A DNA stretch of 64,000 bases from Candidatus Omnitrophota bacterium. Its GTDB lineage: Bacteria > Omnitrophota > Gorgyraeia > Zapsychrales > Zapsychraceae. The stretch is taken from assembly GCA_018062515.1 (NCBI GenBank), contig JAGOSC010000006.1, positions 342-64,341 on the forward strand, in the 5' to 3' direction. Below the pieces are notes generated by a model. That model worked only from the letters and a program-made list of their open reading frames with translations. It made no database searches and was not told the origin of the DNA. Position 1 is the first letter of the stretch, and the number at the start of each line of letters is the position of its first letter. Below are positions 1 through 9,303 of this stretch, piece after piece. The position numbers were made by a program, and so were the translations under genes.

Positions 1-900
1 CTGAGTCAAGGCAATAAGCCCGCAAAAAATAATATTCACAATAGCAAGGCTCGCAAAGACCGGCATCCATATATGAGCAGCGACGGGCATGAGTTCTATC
101 GCAAAACGGATAATGGCAAATGCCGCTAATTTTTTAAGGACTCCTGCGTGAAGCATGCTAACGGCCGTCGGAGCTTCAGCGTATCCGACAGGCGCCCAGG
201 TATGAAACGGCCAGAGTGTTAATGTAATACCAAAACCCACGACGATCATTGGGAAAATCCAATGCTGAACCGGTAATGGTAATGGATTCATATCCAAATA
301 TTGTTTTAATTGAATGTAATCAAATGTGCCTAAACCGGTCGCATGATAAAGAGCAATAAGCCCTATCAAAGCTAAGGACGCGCCCGCCGTTAAGTAAAGA
401 GTTATCTTTATAGCCGCGTAGTCTCGACGAGCAGAACCCCAAATGCTTATCAGAAGAAAAGTGGGAATCGTGGCTATTTCATGAAGAAAATAGAAGAAGA
501 AAATATCCAAGGACAGAAAAGCACCGTACGTTCCAATCATCATTAAAAGCAGAAGAATGTAGTATTCTTTGATACGATGTTTAATGGATTTTGAAATTAG
601 GACGCTGGTAAAAGACACAGCTCCGACTAATAGAATCATAAGCGAATTGATTCCGTCTAGACCTATATGAAATGAAATTCCGAACGGTACAACCCAGGGA
701 ATTTTTTCAATAAATTGAAAACCGCCCGCCACGGTATCATAAGCGGCAAAGAGCCAAATAGATAAAAGAAAGGGAAGTAAAGTTGTGATAATCGAAATTC
801 TACGAATCAAAGAATGGTTATCCGACGGAGTTAAGAATAGAAGCAGCAAGCCTAACGTCGGAAATCCTAATAACCAAATGAGTGGATGAGAAATGATCAT
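1..900 (-). CDS. nuoM: NADH-quinone oxidoreductase subunit M-like (5' part; gene continues past window start)
   Basis: Minus-strand ORF starts at ATG 900..898 (MIISHPLIWLLGFPTLGLLL...). The start overlaps the nuoL stop in an ATGA motif. Spot-checked reverse translation is hydrophobic and open; it sits directly after nuoL in canonical order. Not in the ORF track because it is open at the window edge. Confidence 0.6.
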   Translation of the reverse strand, partial: MIISHPLIWLLGFPTLGLLLLFLTPSDNHSLIRRISIITTLLPFLLSIWLFAAYDTVAGGFQFIEKIPWVVPFGISFHIGLDGINSLMILLVGAVSFTSVLISKSIKHRIKEYYILLLLMMIGTYGAFLSLDIFFFYFLHEIATIPTFLLISIWGSARRDYAAIKITLYLTAGASLALIGLIALYHATGLGTFDYIQLKQYLDMNPLPLPVQHWIFPMIVVGFGITLTLWPFHTWAPVGYAEAPTAVSMLHAGVLKKLAAFAIIRFAIELMPVAAHIWMPVFASLAIVNIIFCGLIALTQ

Positions 901-2735
901 AAGCTAATCACCATCATGAAAAATAAAATAATCGTTCCAAAAACAAAAATTAAGGCATGCGACTGAACCAAGCCGGTTTGAAGAAGACGAAGAGCTCTCC
1001 CTGTTGCCTTAGCTGTACCCGTCGTGCCGTGAACACCAGCGTCGACGACCACTCTTTTTTCAAACCATGCGAGCATAGTAGCTATCCATTGTTGTACGTG
1101 AGTTACATACCAACCGTAAAGAGTATCGAAATAGTATTTATTTTTGAAAATAGGATAAAGAAATCCAAGATTGGTTTCTAAAGGATCACGGCTGGGACGT
1201 TTACTGTAAATTAAATACGAAATACCTAAGCCTAAGATTGCCACGAAAGACGAAATCAAAGCAACTTTCATATTTAATTCCGGATGAGATTCATGAGGAA
1301 ATAAGAAATGAGGAATTCCGATAAAACCGCCCACGACGGAAAGAATAGCTAAAAAGATCAAGGGAATCGTCATTACCGCCGGTGATTCGTGCGCAGGATG
1401 ATGATGGTCAGCTTTACCTAAAAACGCCGTCCAAAATAAACGTCCCATGTAAAATGCTGTTAAGCCGGAAGTGATCGAGGCTATCCAATAAAGCGTTGTA
1501 TTGTGTTCATAGGCCAAGGCTAAAATTTCATCTTTACTCCAAAATCCGCTGAGCGGAAAAATTCCACAAAGGGCTAAAGTTCCAATTAAAAAAGTAATGC
1601 CGGTAATTGGCATTTGTTTTAAAAGCCCCTGCATTTTCCAAATATTTTGTTCGTGATGAAGACCGTATATGACACTACCAGCGCCGAGGAATAAGAGGGC
1701 CTTAAAGAATGCGTGCGTGGTTAAATGATACATGCCTTGCATCGGGCCTGCTAATCCCAGAGCCATAACCATTAAACCTAATTGACTAAGCGTTGAGTAG
1801 GCAAGTATTCTTTTGATATCATTTTCAACCATAGCCAATGTTGCGGCCATTAAGGCTGTGATACCGCCGATATAAGCAATAATATTTAAAACATCCGGCA
1901 ATGGTTCAAAAATAAAAAAGGTGCGGGCTAAAAGATAAATCCCAGCCGCGACCATGGTTGCCGCGTGAATCAAAGCGCTGACAGGTGTTGGACCTTCCAT
2001 AGCATCCGGCAGCCAAACATGCAGAGGAACTTGAGCTGATTTTCCGACGACGCCGCAGAAAAGGAGTAGAGCAGCGATCGATAATAAATGAGGATCAATA
2101 TGAGAAACAGTTTGCGCCAAATCGGTAAAAAGAAAACTTCGTCCCTGACCAACATCGGATAAGCTCCATAACAAAAGAATTCCGCACAAAAATCCGAAAT
2201 CAGCAAAACGATTGACCATGAAAGCTTTTACACCCGCATTAGCCGCAGAAGTTTTCTCATACCAAAATCCAATGAGAAGGTATGAACTTAAACCGACGAG
2301 TTCCCAAAATATAAACAATTGAATAAAATTATTAGCCAGCACAATCCCAATCATTGAAAAAGCGAAAAGACTTAAAAATGCAAAGAACCGCGGGCTGCCG
2401 GGATCTTCCGCCATATATCCTCGGGAGTAAATAAAAATGGCGCTACCGACACCGGTCACAACGAGCATCATCATAATAGCTAAAGGATTAATTAAAAAAC
2501 CAAAGTTAATCGTCAATGAATCAAACTGAATCCAAGTGAGAGATTGCTGAAATTCCGACGGTGAGGCGTGAAAGATTTGATTACCGATTAATAAAGTGCA
2601 GACGAAGGAAATTAAGATACCAAGAATAGCCGTCCAAGAACTTAACGTTTTAGAACGAAGAAAAAATAGCGTTATCAGCACGCAGGCGATTAATGGCGCA
2701 AAAAAAGCTGTCCAGGCCAAACAAGGGCTTACCAT
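897..2735 (-). CDS. nuoL: NADH-quinone oxidoreductase subunit L (proton-pumping antiporter-like subunit)
   Basis: 612 aa polytopic membrane protein with NuoL/MrpA-type conserved segments (..WLPDAMEGPTPVSALIHAATMVAAG..). Operon context with nuoK and nuoJ. Confidence 0.85.
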   Translation of the reverse strand: MVSPCLAWTAFFAPLIACVLITLFFLRSKTLSSWTAILGILISFVCTLLIGNQIFHASPSEFQQSLTWIQFDSLTINFGFLINPLAIMMMLVVTGVGSAIFIYSRGYMAEDPGSPRFFAFLSLFAFSMIGIVLANNFIQLFIFWELVGLSSYLLIGFWYEKTSAANAGVKAFMVNRFADFGFLCGILLLWSLSDVGQGRSFLFTDLAQTVSHIDPHLLSIAALLLFCGVVGKSAQVPLHVWLPDAMEGPTPVSALIHAATMVAAGIYLLARTFFIFEPLPDVLNIIAYIGGITALMAATLAMVENDIKRILAYSTLSQLGLMVMALGLAGPMQGMYHLTTHAFFKALLFLGAGSVIYGLHHEQNIWKMQGLLKQMPITGITFLIGTLALCGIFPLSGFWSKDEILALAYEHNTTLYWIASITSGLTAFYMGRLFWTAFLGKADHHHPAHESPAVMTIPLIFLAILSVVGGFIGIPHFLFPHESHPELNMKVALISSFVAILGLGISYLIYSKRPSRDPLETNLGFLYPIFKNKYYFDTLYGWYVTHVQQWIATMLAWFEKRVVVDAGVHGTTGTAKATGRALRLLQTGLVQSHALIFVFGTIILFFMMVISL

Positions 2736-3031
2736 TTTAAATCCTTTAGTTCATCCGCTTGAATCGTGGAGAAATGACGATAGATGAGTACGATAATTGC
2801 CAAACCGATAGCAACTTCAGCTGCAGCGACGAGAATGACGAAGAATACGATTAATTGACCCGCATAATCTCCGTTAAAACGTGAAAATGCGACGAAAGAA
2901 AGATTGGATGCCGCTAGAAGAAGTTCTAAAGATAAAAGAATTTTAAGTACATTCCGGCTCGTCGTTATACCAACAACTCCGATGGAAAAAAGGATGCCGC
3001 TCAAAATAATATAATGTTCCAGGCTGATCAT
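2729..3031 (-). CDS. nuoK: NADH-quinone oxidoreductase subunit K
   Basis: 100 aa, three TM segments, typical NuoK sequence (MISLEHYIILSGILFSIGVVG...LSLELLLAASNLSFVAFS). Overlaps nuoL and nuoJ ends. Confidence 0.85.
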   Translation of the reverse strand: MISLEHYIILSGILFSIGVVGITTSRNVLKILLSLELLLAASNLSFVAFSRFNGDYAGQLIVFFVILVAAAEVAIGLAIIVLIYRHFSTIQADELKDLKW

Positions 3032-3537
3032 GATGTTTTTAATGCTCCTTGAGCTAAAGAAACAATAGCGAAAATAGCTATCAGTAAAAGGAGTGATGTT
3101 AATTCAAAGGGAAGTAAATAATCTGTGAAAAGAATTTGTCCTATATTTTCTATGGTTCCTCGCACGGAGGTAAGTCCTAGTGTTCGGGTTTCAAGAAAAC
3201 TTCGAAAGACTAAGAAAAATCCGGACATAAATGTTAATCCGGCAACCCAGCCTAAAATTCGAAAACGGCTCTGTTCTAATGTTGTAAATGTAGGCGAGTT
3301 AAGATTTAAGCACATGACCACAAAGAGAAAGAATACGAGGACGGCCCCCGCATATACTAATAGAAGGATAATACCGACAAAAAATGCTTCTAAGAGGACA
3401 AAAAGCGAAGATAAGGAAAAAATAACGACGACTAAAGAGAGGACATTATAAAGCGGGTTGCGTGCAAATACCACGCCCAGGCTGGCTAAAACGAGGACGG
3501 TCGCGAATAGATAGAAAAAAAGAAGTGACATGCTCAT
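3028..3537 (-). CDS. nuoJ: NADH-quinone oxidoreductase subunit J
   Basis: 169 aa membrane protein, NuoJ-like N-terminus (LLFFYLFATVLVLASLGVVFARNPLYNVLSLV...). First gene of the minus-strand block. Confidence 0.8.
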   Translation of the reverse strand: MSMSLLFFYLFATVLVLASLGVVFARNPLYNVLSLVVVIFSLSSLFVLLEAFFVGIILLLVYAGAVLVFFLFVVMCLNLNSPTFTTLEQSRFRILGWVAGLTFMSGFFLVFRSFLETRTLGLTSVRGTIENIGQILFTDYLLPFELTSLLLLIAIFAIVSLAQGALKTS

Positions 3538-3689
3538 TCAGAAAATATTACTTTCATGATTTTTAATGCCGTGTTACTTTGGTTAATATTAAAAGAAGAA
3601 TAATAATATGTGTATATAGTAAATGAGATCAAAAGTGAGAACAAGTCAAGAAAACATCAATTTTTTTCGCGCGATCTATTCTATCAAAT

Positions 3690-4895
3690 ATGAATAATTT
3701 AAAAATAATATTAAGTAAAATTTTTTCATACATAAAAACTCTGGGTATTGTTAAAGAACGTGAAATACAAACAGATCTTTTGTTCCGCTTAAGTAAAGAT
3801 CTGGCCGCCGCCGAGTTATTGGACGAGGTTTTAGATTGTATTCGTACTAACTTCCGGAAAATTTTTAACTGTTATGTGGGCATTTTTTTGTGGAGTGATG
3901 GCAAGATCGATTTAAATGTTGTGGATTCTGATTTTCCATTGAGTAAGGATGTTCACACTGAGCCATGGTTTTTGGCTATTAATAAATCAAGCGGGTTAAT
4001 TAATGAACCGTTTAAAGATTCGCACGCGTATTATGCTCCGCTCCAAACATCTAAAGGTGTATTCGGCGCTTTGGGAATTGAATTAAAGAATAGAGAAGAG
4101 TTTGGTCCTAAAAATAGACATTTATTCATCGCTTTAGCCAATCAAGCGGCCGTTGCTATTCAGCGAACCAAACTTGCGGATGCCTCCCGTCAGGTCGAGC
4201 TGATGAAAGAAAGAGAAAAGTTACATACGGCTCTTTTGAATTCTATTTCACATGATTTACGGACGCCTTTGGTTTCCATTATGGGTGCTTTAAGCAGTCT
4301 CTTACAGGATTACTCGTCGATCGACTCTAAAACACGGGAAGAATTGTTGACGGCAGCGTATGAAGATTCGGATCATTTGAATCGATTTGTGGGTAACTTA
4401 TTGGATATGACTCGTCTTGAAGCTAAGGCCTTAAAGATTCGGATTGAACCTTGTGAGCTAAGAGATGTAATTGGAACGTCCTTGCAAACATTAAAATATG
4501 AAGTGAAACGAAGAAATATTTCAATCAATATTCCGTCGGACTTGCCGGAAATTCCGATGGACTTTGTTTTGATGATGAGGGTGTTTGTTAATCTCATTGA
4601 TAATGCGGTTAAATATTCTCCCGCCAAAACACCAATTGATATCAGTGTTACATTATTAGAGGATAAAGTAAGAATTGACGTTAAAGATTTCGGGATTGGC
4701 ATTCCAAAAGATGATGTGATTAAAATTTTTGATAAGTTTTATCGCGCGGTCAATCGTCAAGTGACGGGAACAGGATTGGGGCTTTCTATTTGCAAAGGAA
4801 TGGTTGAGGCGCATGGAGGACGAATTTTTGCGGTGAATAATGCTGGACCGGGTGCAACCATTTCGGTAGAATTGCCTTTAATTACGAAAGAGTAA
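3690..4895 (+). CDS. Soluble sensor histidine kinase, KdpD C-terminal-like (GAF + HisKA + HATPase; no Kdp/Usp/TM sensor part)
   Basis: H-box LNSISHDLRTPLVSIMGAL plus N, G1 and G2 boxes (DNAVKYSP, DFGIGIP, GTGLGLSI). A GAF-like region precedes the kinase. No predicted TM helices. Confidence 0.75.
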   Translation: MNNLKIILSKIFSYIKTLGIVKEREIQTDLLFRLSKDLAAAELLDEVLDCIRTNFRKIFNCYVGIFLWSDGKIDLNVVDSDFPLSKDVHTEPWFLAINKSSGLINEPFKDSHAYYAPLQTSKGVFGALGIELKNREEFGPKNRHLFIALANQAAVAIQRTKLADASRQVELMKEREKLHTALLNSISHDLRTPLVSIMGALSSLLQDYSSIDSKTREELLTAAYEDSDHLNRFVGNLLDMTRLEAKALKIRIEPCELRDVIGTSLQTLKYEVKRRNISINIPSDLPEIPMDFVLMMRVFVNLIDNAVKYSPAKTPIDISVTLLEDKVRIDVKDFGIGIPKDDVIKIFDKFYRAVNRQVTGTGLGLSICKGMVEAHGGRIFAVNNAGPGATISVELPLITKE

Positions 4896-4897
4896 AT

Positions 4898-5599
4898 ATG
4901 GAAAACGATCAAAATATGCGGATTCTCATCGTCGACGATGAGAAAGCCATACGGCGTTTTTTAAAAGCAACATTAGTATCTCATGGTTACAATGTGTTTG
5001 AAGCGGCCAACGGTGCTGAGGCGCTTAAACAATCCGTATTTTTGTATCCGGACGCGGTTATTTTAGATTTAGGTTTACCGGACATGGATGGCGTTGAAGT
5101 CACGCGACAGATTCGAAAAAGATCACAAATTCCTGTCATCATTTTATCGGTACGCGAAAATGAATCTGATAAAATAGCAGCGTTGGACGCGGGCGCGGAT
5201 GATTATTTAACCAAGCCGTTTAAAGCCGGAGAAATGCTCGCCCGTATTCGCGCGGTCATGCGCAGGTTGCTCCCTCAAAATTATGACGCGGTCTTCACCG
5301 TCGGAAAATTATCCGTTGATATCGGAAAACGTAATGTCACCGTTAAGGGGAAGCTGGTACATTTAACGCCGATTGAATATGCTATCCTTAAATTTTTCGT
5401 ATTAAATGCCGGCAAGGTTTTGACTCATAAGCAAATATTAAATGAAATTTGGGACAAGACGGAAGAATTTGAGGGAACGGCGCATTTATTAAGAGTAACG
5501 ATTAGTAATCTACGCAATAAAATTGAAACCGACCCAAATCGACCGACCTATATTCTGACCGAGCCCGGCGTCGGTTATCGACTTTCCATGGATGTGTAA
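4898..5599 (+). CDS. OmpR-family response regulator, KdpE-like
   Basis: Receiver (MRILIVDDEKAIRR..DLGLPDMDG..) plus winged-helix C-terminus (YRLS). Starts 3 nt after the kinase stop. Confidence 0.8.
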   Translation: MENDQNMRILIVDDEKAIRRFLKATLVSHGYNVFEAANGAEALKQSVFLYPDAVILDLGLPDMDGVEVTRQIRKRSQIPVIILSVRENESDKIAALDAGADDYLTKPFKAGEMLARIRAVMRRLLPQNYDAVFTVGKLSVDIGKRNVTVKGKLVHLTPIEYAILKFFVLNAGKVLTHKQILNEIWDKTEEFEGTAHLLRVTISNLRNKIETDPNRPTYILTEPGVGYRLSMDV

Positions 5600-5794
5600 T
5601 CCTCTTATTCAGTAAATCTCATCGACACCACCAAAAAATAATTGACTTTTCTTGACTTGTCGTGATTTTTATGTTCCTCTAATATATTGATGAATTTTTC
5701 CTTCACTAATATTAATAAAGAATGGCGAATATGCCTGGTCATTTGTCCTGATCAATTTTTCCGGACGCAGCAATTTAAATAAAAAGGAGTACCC

Positions 5795-6082
5795 ATGGAT
5801 TTAGCCTCTTTACTTCTCATTTTATCTTTATCCGTTCTTTTAGGATTTGTACTTATTGCACGGGTTCCGCCCCTTTTGCATACGCCGCTCATGTCAGAGG
5901 CCAATGCCATTTCAGGAATTACTTTAATCGGAGCCGTGATTGCTGCTGGTTCAGAAGTGAACGATAATTTATCCGTTATTTTAGGAACAGCGTCGGTGGC
6001 CTTAACCACCTATAATGTGATCGGCGGATATGTCATTACAGAAAGAATGCTTAAAATGTTTAAGAAAAAGGAGCAAAAGTGA
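5795..6082 (+). CDS. pntA: NAD(P) transhydrogenase subunit alpha part 2 (membrane dII, PntAB-like)
   Basis: 95 aa, 3-4 TM helices, resembles the small alpha-2 subunit of split transhydrogenases. Translationally coupled to pntB (ATGA overlap). Good RBS AAAGGAG. Confidence 0.7.
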   Translation: MDLASLLLILSLSVLLGFVLIARVPPLLHTPLMSEANAISGITLIGAVIAAGSEVNDNLSVILGTASVALTTYNVIGGYVITERMLKMFKKKEQK

Positions 6083-7455
6083 GTATGAACGGAATCATCC
6101 CATTTGCGTATATTATTAGTTCAATTCTTTTTGCCTTCGGTATTAAGATGTTGGGTTCGCCCGTATCCGCCCGAAAAGGGAATATGTTGTCGATGATGGG
6201 AATGTCTTTGGCGGTCGTCGTTACTTTGTTTAGTCAGGGTATTTTAACGTATCAGTGGATTATTATCGGGGTGATTATCGGTGCTTCCTTCGGAATTTTC
6301 ACAGCTAGTCGTGCGGCCATGACTCAAATGCCGGAGACTATAGCGCTTTTGCATGGTTTCGGCGGTTTAGGAAGTTTATTGGTGGATTGGTCGGCCTATC
6401 ACAATCACCATTCGACAGATTTGGTTGTTATCATTTCTATTTATCTCTCCGTTTTGATTGGCGGCGTTACATTCACGGGAAGCTGCATTGCCTGGGGAAA
6501 ATTAAGCGAGCGTCTTCCGGGAAAAGCGATTATCTTTCCCGGATTTAAGTATGTTAGTTTTGCTGTCCTAGCCTTATTGATTATCGGAGGGATTATTTTT
6601 ATTGGCAACCCGTTAGAAAGTTACCATATCTTTTTGGGTATCATGGTCTTGTCCTTCATTTTTGGTGTTTTGCTCGTGCTTCCTATTGGGGGAGCAGACA
6701 TGCCGGTCGTTATTTCCGTCCTAAACAGTTATTCCGGTCTAGTTGCCTGCACCACAGGATTTGTTATCAATAATACGGTTCTCATTGTCGTCGGAGCATT
6801 GGTTGGAGCTAATGGGATTATTTTAAGTATCATTATGTGCAAAGCTATGAATCGGCCTTTACTTAATGTTTTATTCGGCGGTTTTACCGTCAATACTTCG
6901 AAAAAAGTGGCCGGAGAAAAAAAAGATCCAAAGGCTCTTTCCGTCGAGGATGCATTTTTTATTTTGGAAAATGCAAAATCCGTTGTTGTTGTTCCCGGTT
7001 ATGGCTTGGCCGTCGCGCAAGCGCAGCATGCTTTAAAGGAATTATGTGAATTGTTGGAAAAAGAAGGCTGTGAAGTAAAATACGCAATTCATCCCGTCGC
7101 TGGACGCATGCCTGGCCACATGAATGTTTTACTCGCTGAGGCAAATATTTCCTATGAGCAAATGGTGGAAATGGCTGTCATCAATCCAAGCATGGATACA
7201 GTTGACGTGGCCATCGTCATTGGAGCAAATGACGTCGTCAATCCGGCGGCGCGTACAGATAAAACCTCTCCGATTTACGGAATGCCCATTATTGATGTCG
7301 ATAAAGCCAAGACGGTTTTTGTTTTTAAACGTTCGATGGCTACCGGTTTTGCCGGCATCGAAAATGAACTTTTCTACAATGAAAATACATGTATGATTTT
7401 TGGCGATGCCAAACAATCACTACAGGCCTTAGTGGCCCAATTTAAAGTAGAATAG
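6079..7455 (+). CDS. pntB: NAD(P) transhydrogenase subunit beta
   Basis: 458 aa with N-terminal TM domain and C-terminal dIII NADP(H)-binding domain (..VVVPGYGLAVAQAQHALKEL..HPVAGRMPGHMNVLLAEA..IVIGANDVVNPAA..). Confidence 0.85.
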   Translation: MSMNGIIPFAYIISSILFAFGIKMLGSPVSARKGNMLSMMGMSLAVVVTLFSQGILTYQWIIIGVIIGASFGIFTASRAAMTQMPETIALLHGFGGLGSLLVDWSAYHNHHSTDLVVIISIYLSVLIGGVTFTGSCIAWGKLSERLPGKAIIFPGFKYVSFAVLALLIIGGIIFIGNPLESYHIFLGIMVLSFIFGVLLVLPIGGADMPVVISVLNSYSGLVACTTGFVINNTVLIVVGALVGANGIILSIIMCKAMNRPLLNVLFGGFTVNTSKKVAGEKKDPKALSVEDAFFILENAKSVVVVPGYGLAVAQAQHALKELCELLEKEGCEVKYAIHPVAGRMPGHMNVLLAEANISYEQMVEMAVINPSMDTVDVAIVIGANDVVNPAARTDKTSPIYGMPIIDVDKAKTVFVFKRSMATGFAGIENELFYNENTCMIFGDAKQSLQALVAQFKVE

Positions 7456-7667
7456 GAAAAACTCCGCATTACTTTGTAACGCTTGAGTGCTAATCCTTCC
7501 TAAAAACCTCGTCTAAGGATCGTGTTTTTATTTTATTTCTTCGCATAAAATATTACATTTAATCCTATTTTAACCTTCATTTAATCTTCCATATTATATA
7601 TTCATATCTGCACGTCTAGTAAAGCACGTAGAACCTTATTTAACAATTTGTATAAAAGGAGAATATC

Positions 7668-8102
7668 ATGAAAAGTAAAATATTTTTTCTTACATTGGTG
7701 GCTGTTTTTTCTATTAGCCATGAAGCGCTAGCAGAAAGTCGTATGAACCGGTTAACGCCGGATATCAACGATAGTCAAGCCGTTAAAAGTTCGAGTAGAC
7801 AAAATGCGGGATCTTCGGATGGTATTCGTAACAACCTTCGAGATTTAAATGCCGACCGTATTGATGCAGCGAAAGATCATAATTACCGAGGGTGGAATAA
7901 ACGGAAATTCAATGATAAAAAGTTTCAGAAAAAGATTGATCGAATCAATAAGACTAGAAGTTTAACTTCCGAAGAAAAAGCAAAACGCATTAAAATAATC
8001 GAAGATAAAAGAGCTCGAGCCAAAGATCGGTTCACATCTAAACATAAGGAATTTAGAAATAATCTAAGGGGTGATGACCGAATTTTACCGTCGGGAATGT
8101 AA
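7668..8102 (+). CDS. Secreted highly charged (K/R/D-rich) protein of unknown function
   Basis: Signal peptide MKSKIFFLTLVAVFSISHEALA, then a low-complexity basic/acidic sequence. RBS AAAGGAG upstream. Confidence 0.5.
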   Translation: MKSKIFFLTLVAVFSISHEALAESRMNRLTPDINDSQAVKSSSRQNAGSSDGIRNNLRDLNADRIDAAKDHNYRGWNKRKFNDKKFQKKIDRINKTRSLTSEEKAKRIKIIEDKRARAKDRFTSKHKEFRNNLRGDDRILPSGM

Positions 8103-8221
8103 AAATAAGAGGTAATTAATCGTTTTTTAATCTTCTCTTAATGTGCACTTTGTTACACTCGACTCAGATGGTCAGAAATTAGGGAAGTAAAACAAATATA
8201 AATTAAGAAAAGGAGAAAGGC

Positions 8222-9091
8222 ATGAAAAAGAAAACATCTACAGCTCCATCAAATACAAAAAAAGGTACCCAAAGTGGCGGAGATAAAAAATCGTTATCTC
8301 AAAATCAGAAAGTGAGTCAAAAACAGAGTAACTCCAATTATGATAACGACGGCGGCATAGGTAAATATCAAAGTTCATCCCGTAATAAAGGATCACAAAA
8401 TTCAAATCAAAATCAATCACAGCGAGGATATTCTCAAAATGAACAGTATGGTCAAGGTTCAGGCCAGCAATGGAATTCCCGAAATTCTGAAAATGAATAT
8501 GGAAACTATAATAATTCCGGAGTAAATAGACCCAATCGAAGTGAACCATCCTACGGGAATCGACAGCAAGGAGAATCTTATTCATCGCAAGGAAATTATG
8601 GTAATGATATGAACGAAAATTACGGATCCCAAAACTCAAATCGTTCTTCTTCTCGAAGTAATCAAGGCAATCAAGGTAATCAAGTAGATCGGAGTCGATC
8701 AAATCAGGGAAATCGTAATCACGGATACACTCAGCAGCAGAACTGGAATGAAGATGGTAATGATTCTAATAGTTCTGTTTCTCAGAAAAATTATTACGAT
8801 CAAGATCAAGATCAAAAAGGAAACGGAGGCCGCTCTAATCAGTCAAGTAACCGTAACCAAGGATATTCTCAGCAATCTAATCAATCAAATCAGTCTGAGC
8901 AAGAGAATTGGGACGATGAAGAGGAAGGCAATTCAAGCGGGTCACAATCTCAACGAAATTATGATCAAGATGAAGATGAAGACGATGATCAAGGAAGTTA
9001 TCAGCAATCCAAAGGTCAGTCTTCAAAACAAGGAAGTTCCAGTAGTAAACAGGGAAATTCTAATAAATCAAGATCCCAAGGTAATAGATAA
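8222..9091 (+). CDS. N/Q/S/G-rich intrinsically disordered protein (hydrophilin / prion-like composition), no signal peptide
   Basis: 289 aa dominated by NQ, SQ, GN repeats (SNQGNQGNQ.., QSNQSNQSEQ..) with an acidic C-terminal patch (DEDEDDD). RBS AAAGGAGAAAGG upstream. Followed by two tandem intrinsic terminators. Confidence 0.55.
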   Translation: MKKKTSTAPSNTKKGTQSGGDKKSLSQNQKVSQKQSNSNYDNDGGIGKYQSSSRNKGSQNSNQNQSQRGYSQNEQYGQGSGQQWNSRNSENEYGNYNNSGVNRPNRSEPSYGNRQQGESYSSQGNYGNDMNENYGSQNSNRSSSRSNQGNQGNQVDRSRSNQGNRNHGYTQQQNWNEDGNDSNSSVSQKNYYDQDQDQKGNGGRSNQSSNRNQGYSQQSNQSNQSEQENWDDEEEGNSSGSQSQRNYDQDEDEDDDQGSYQQSKGQSSKQGSSSSKQGNSNKSRSQGNR

Positions 9092-9103
9092 ATACGATTA
9101 TAG

Positions 9104-9146
9104 CCATTCCAGGGAGGATTTTCCTCCTTGGAATGGGAGTTTTTTT
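9104..9146 (+). terminator. Intrinsic terminator (hairpin + T-run) right after the N/Q-rich gene
   Basis: ccattccagggagga-tttt-cctccttggaatgg, followed by TTTTTTT. Confidence 0.6.
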
Positions 9147-9165
9147 AAATTTATATCCGCATTCT

Positions 9166-9198
9166 AACCCGGTTGTCAGAACCGGGTTTTTTATTTTT
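9166..9198 (+). terminator. Second intrinsic terminator
   Basis: aacccggt-tgtcaga-accgggtt followed by TTTTTTATTTTT. Confidence 0.7.
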
Positions 9199-9303
9199 AG
9201 AAAGTTTTAAGGGGTGCGAGAATTTTTTGAATTGATGCGCAAAAAAGTATGATATTATATCTCTATTATTTACGGATCAATATATCGTAATTAGGTAATA
9301 GCC

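Noticed and set aside
957-2206. Track ORFs 957..1181(+) and 1970..2206(-) inside nuoL
   Set aside because: They are embedded in and out of frame with a well-supported 612-aa NuoL gene. No RBS; composition typical of antisense or shadow ORFs.
3125-3451. 108-aa plus-strand ORF opposite nuoJ
   Set aside because: Antisense to nuoJ and basic/low-complexity; shadow ORF.
8238-9167. ORFs 8238..8702(-) and 8748..9167(+) overlapping the N/Q-rich gene
   Set aside because: Alternative frames of a low-complexity repeat region. Only the 8222..9091 frame has an RBS and is bounded by terminators.
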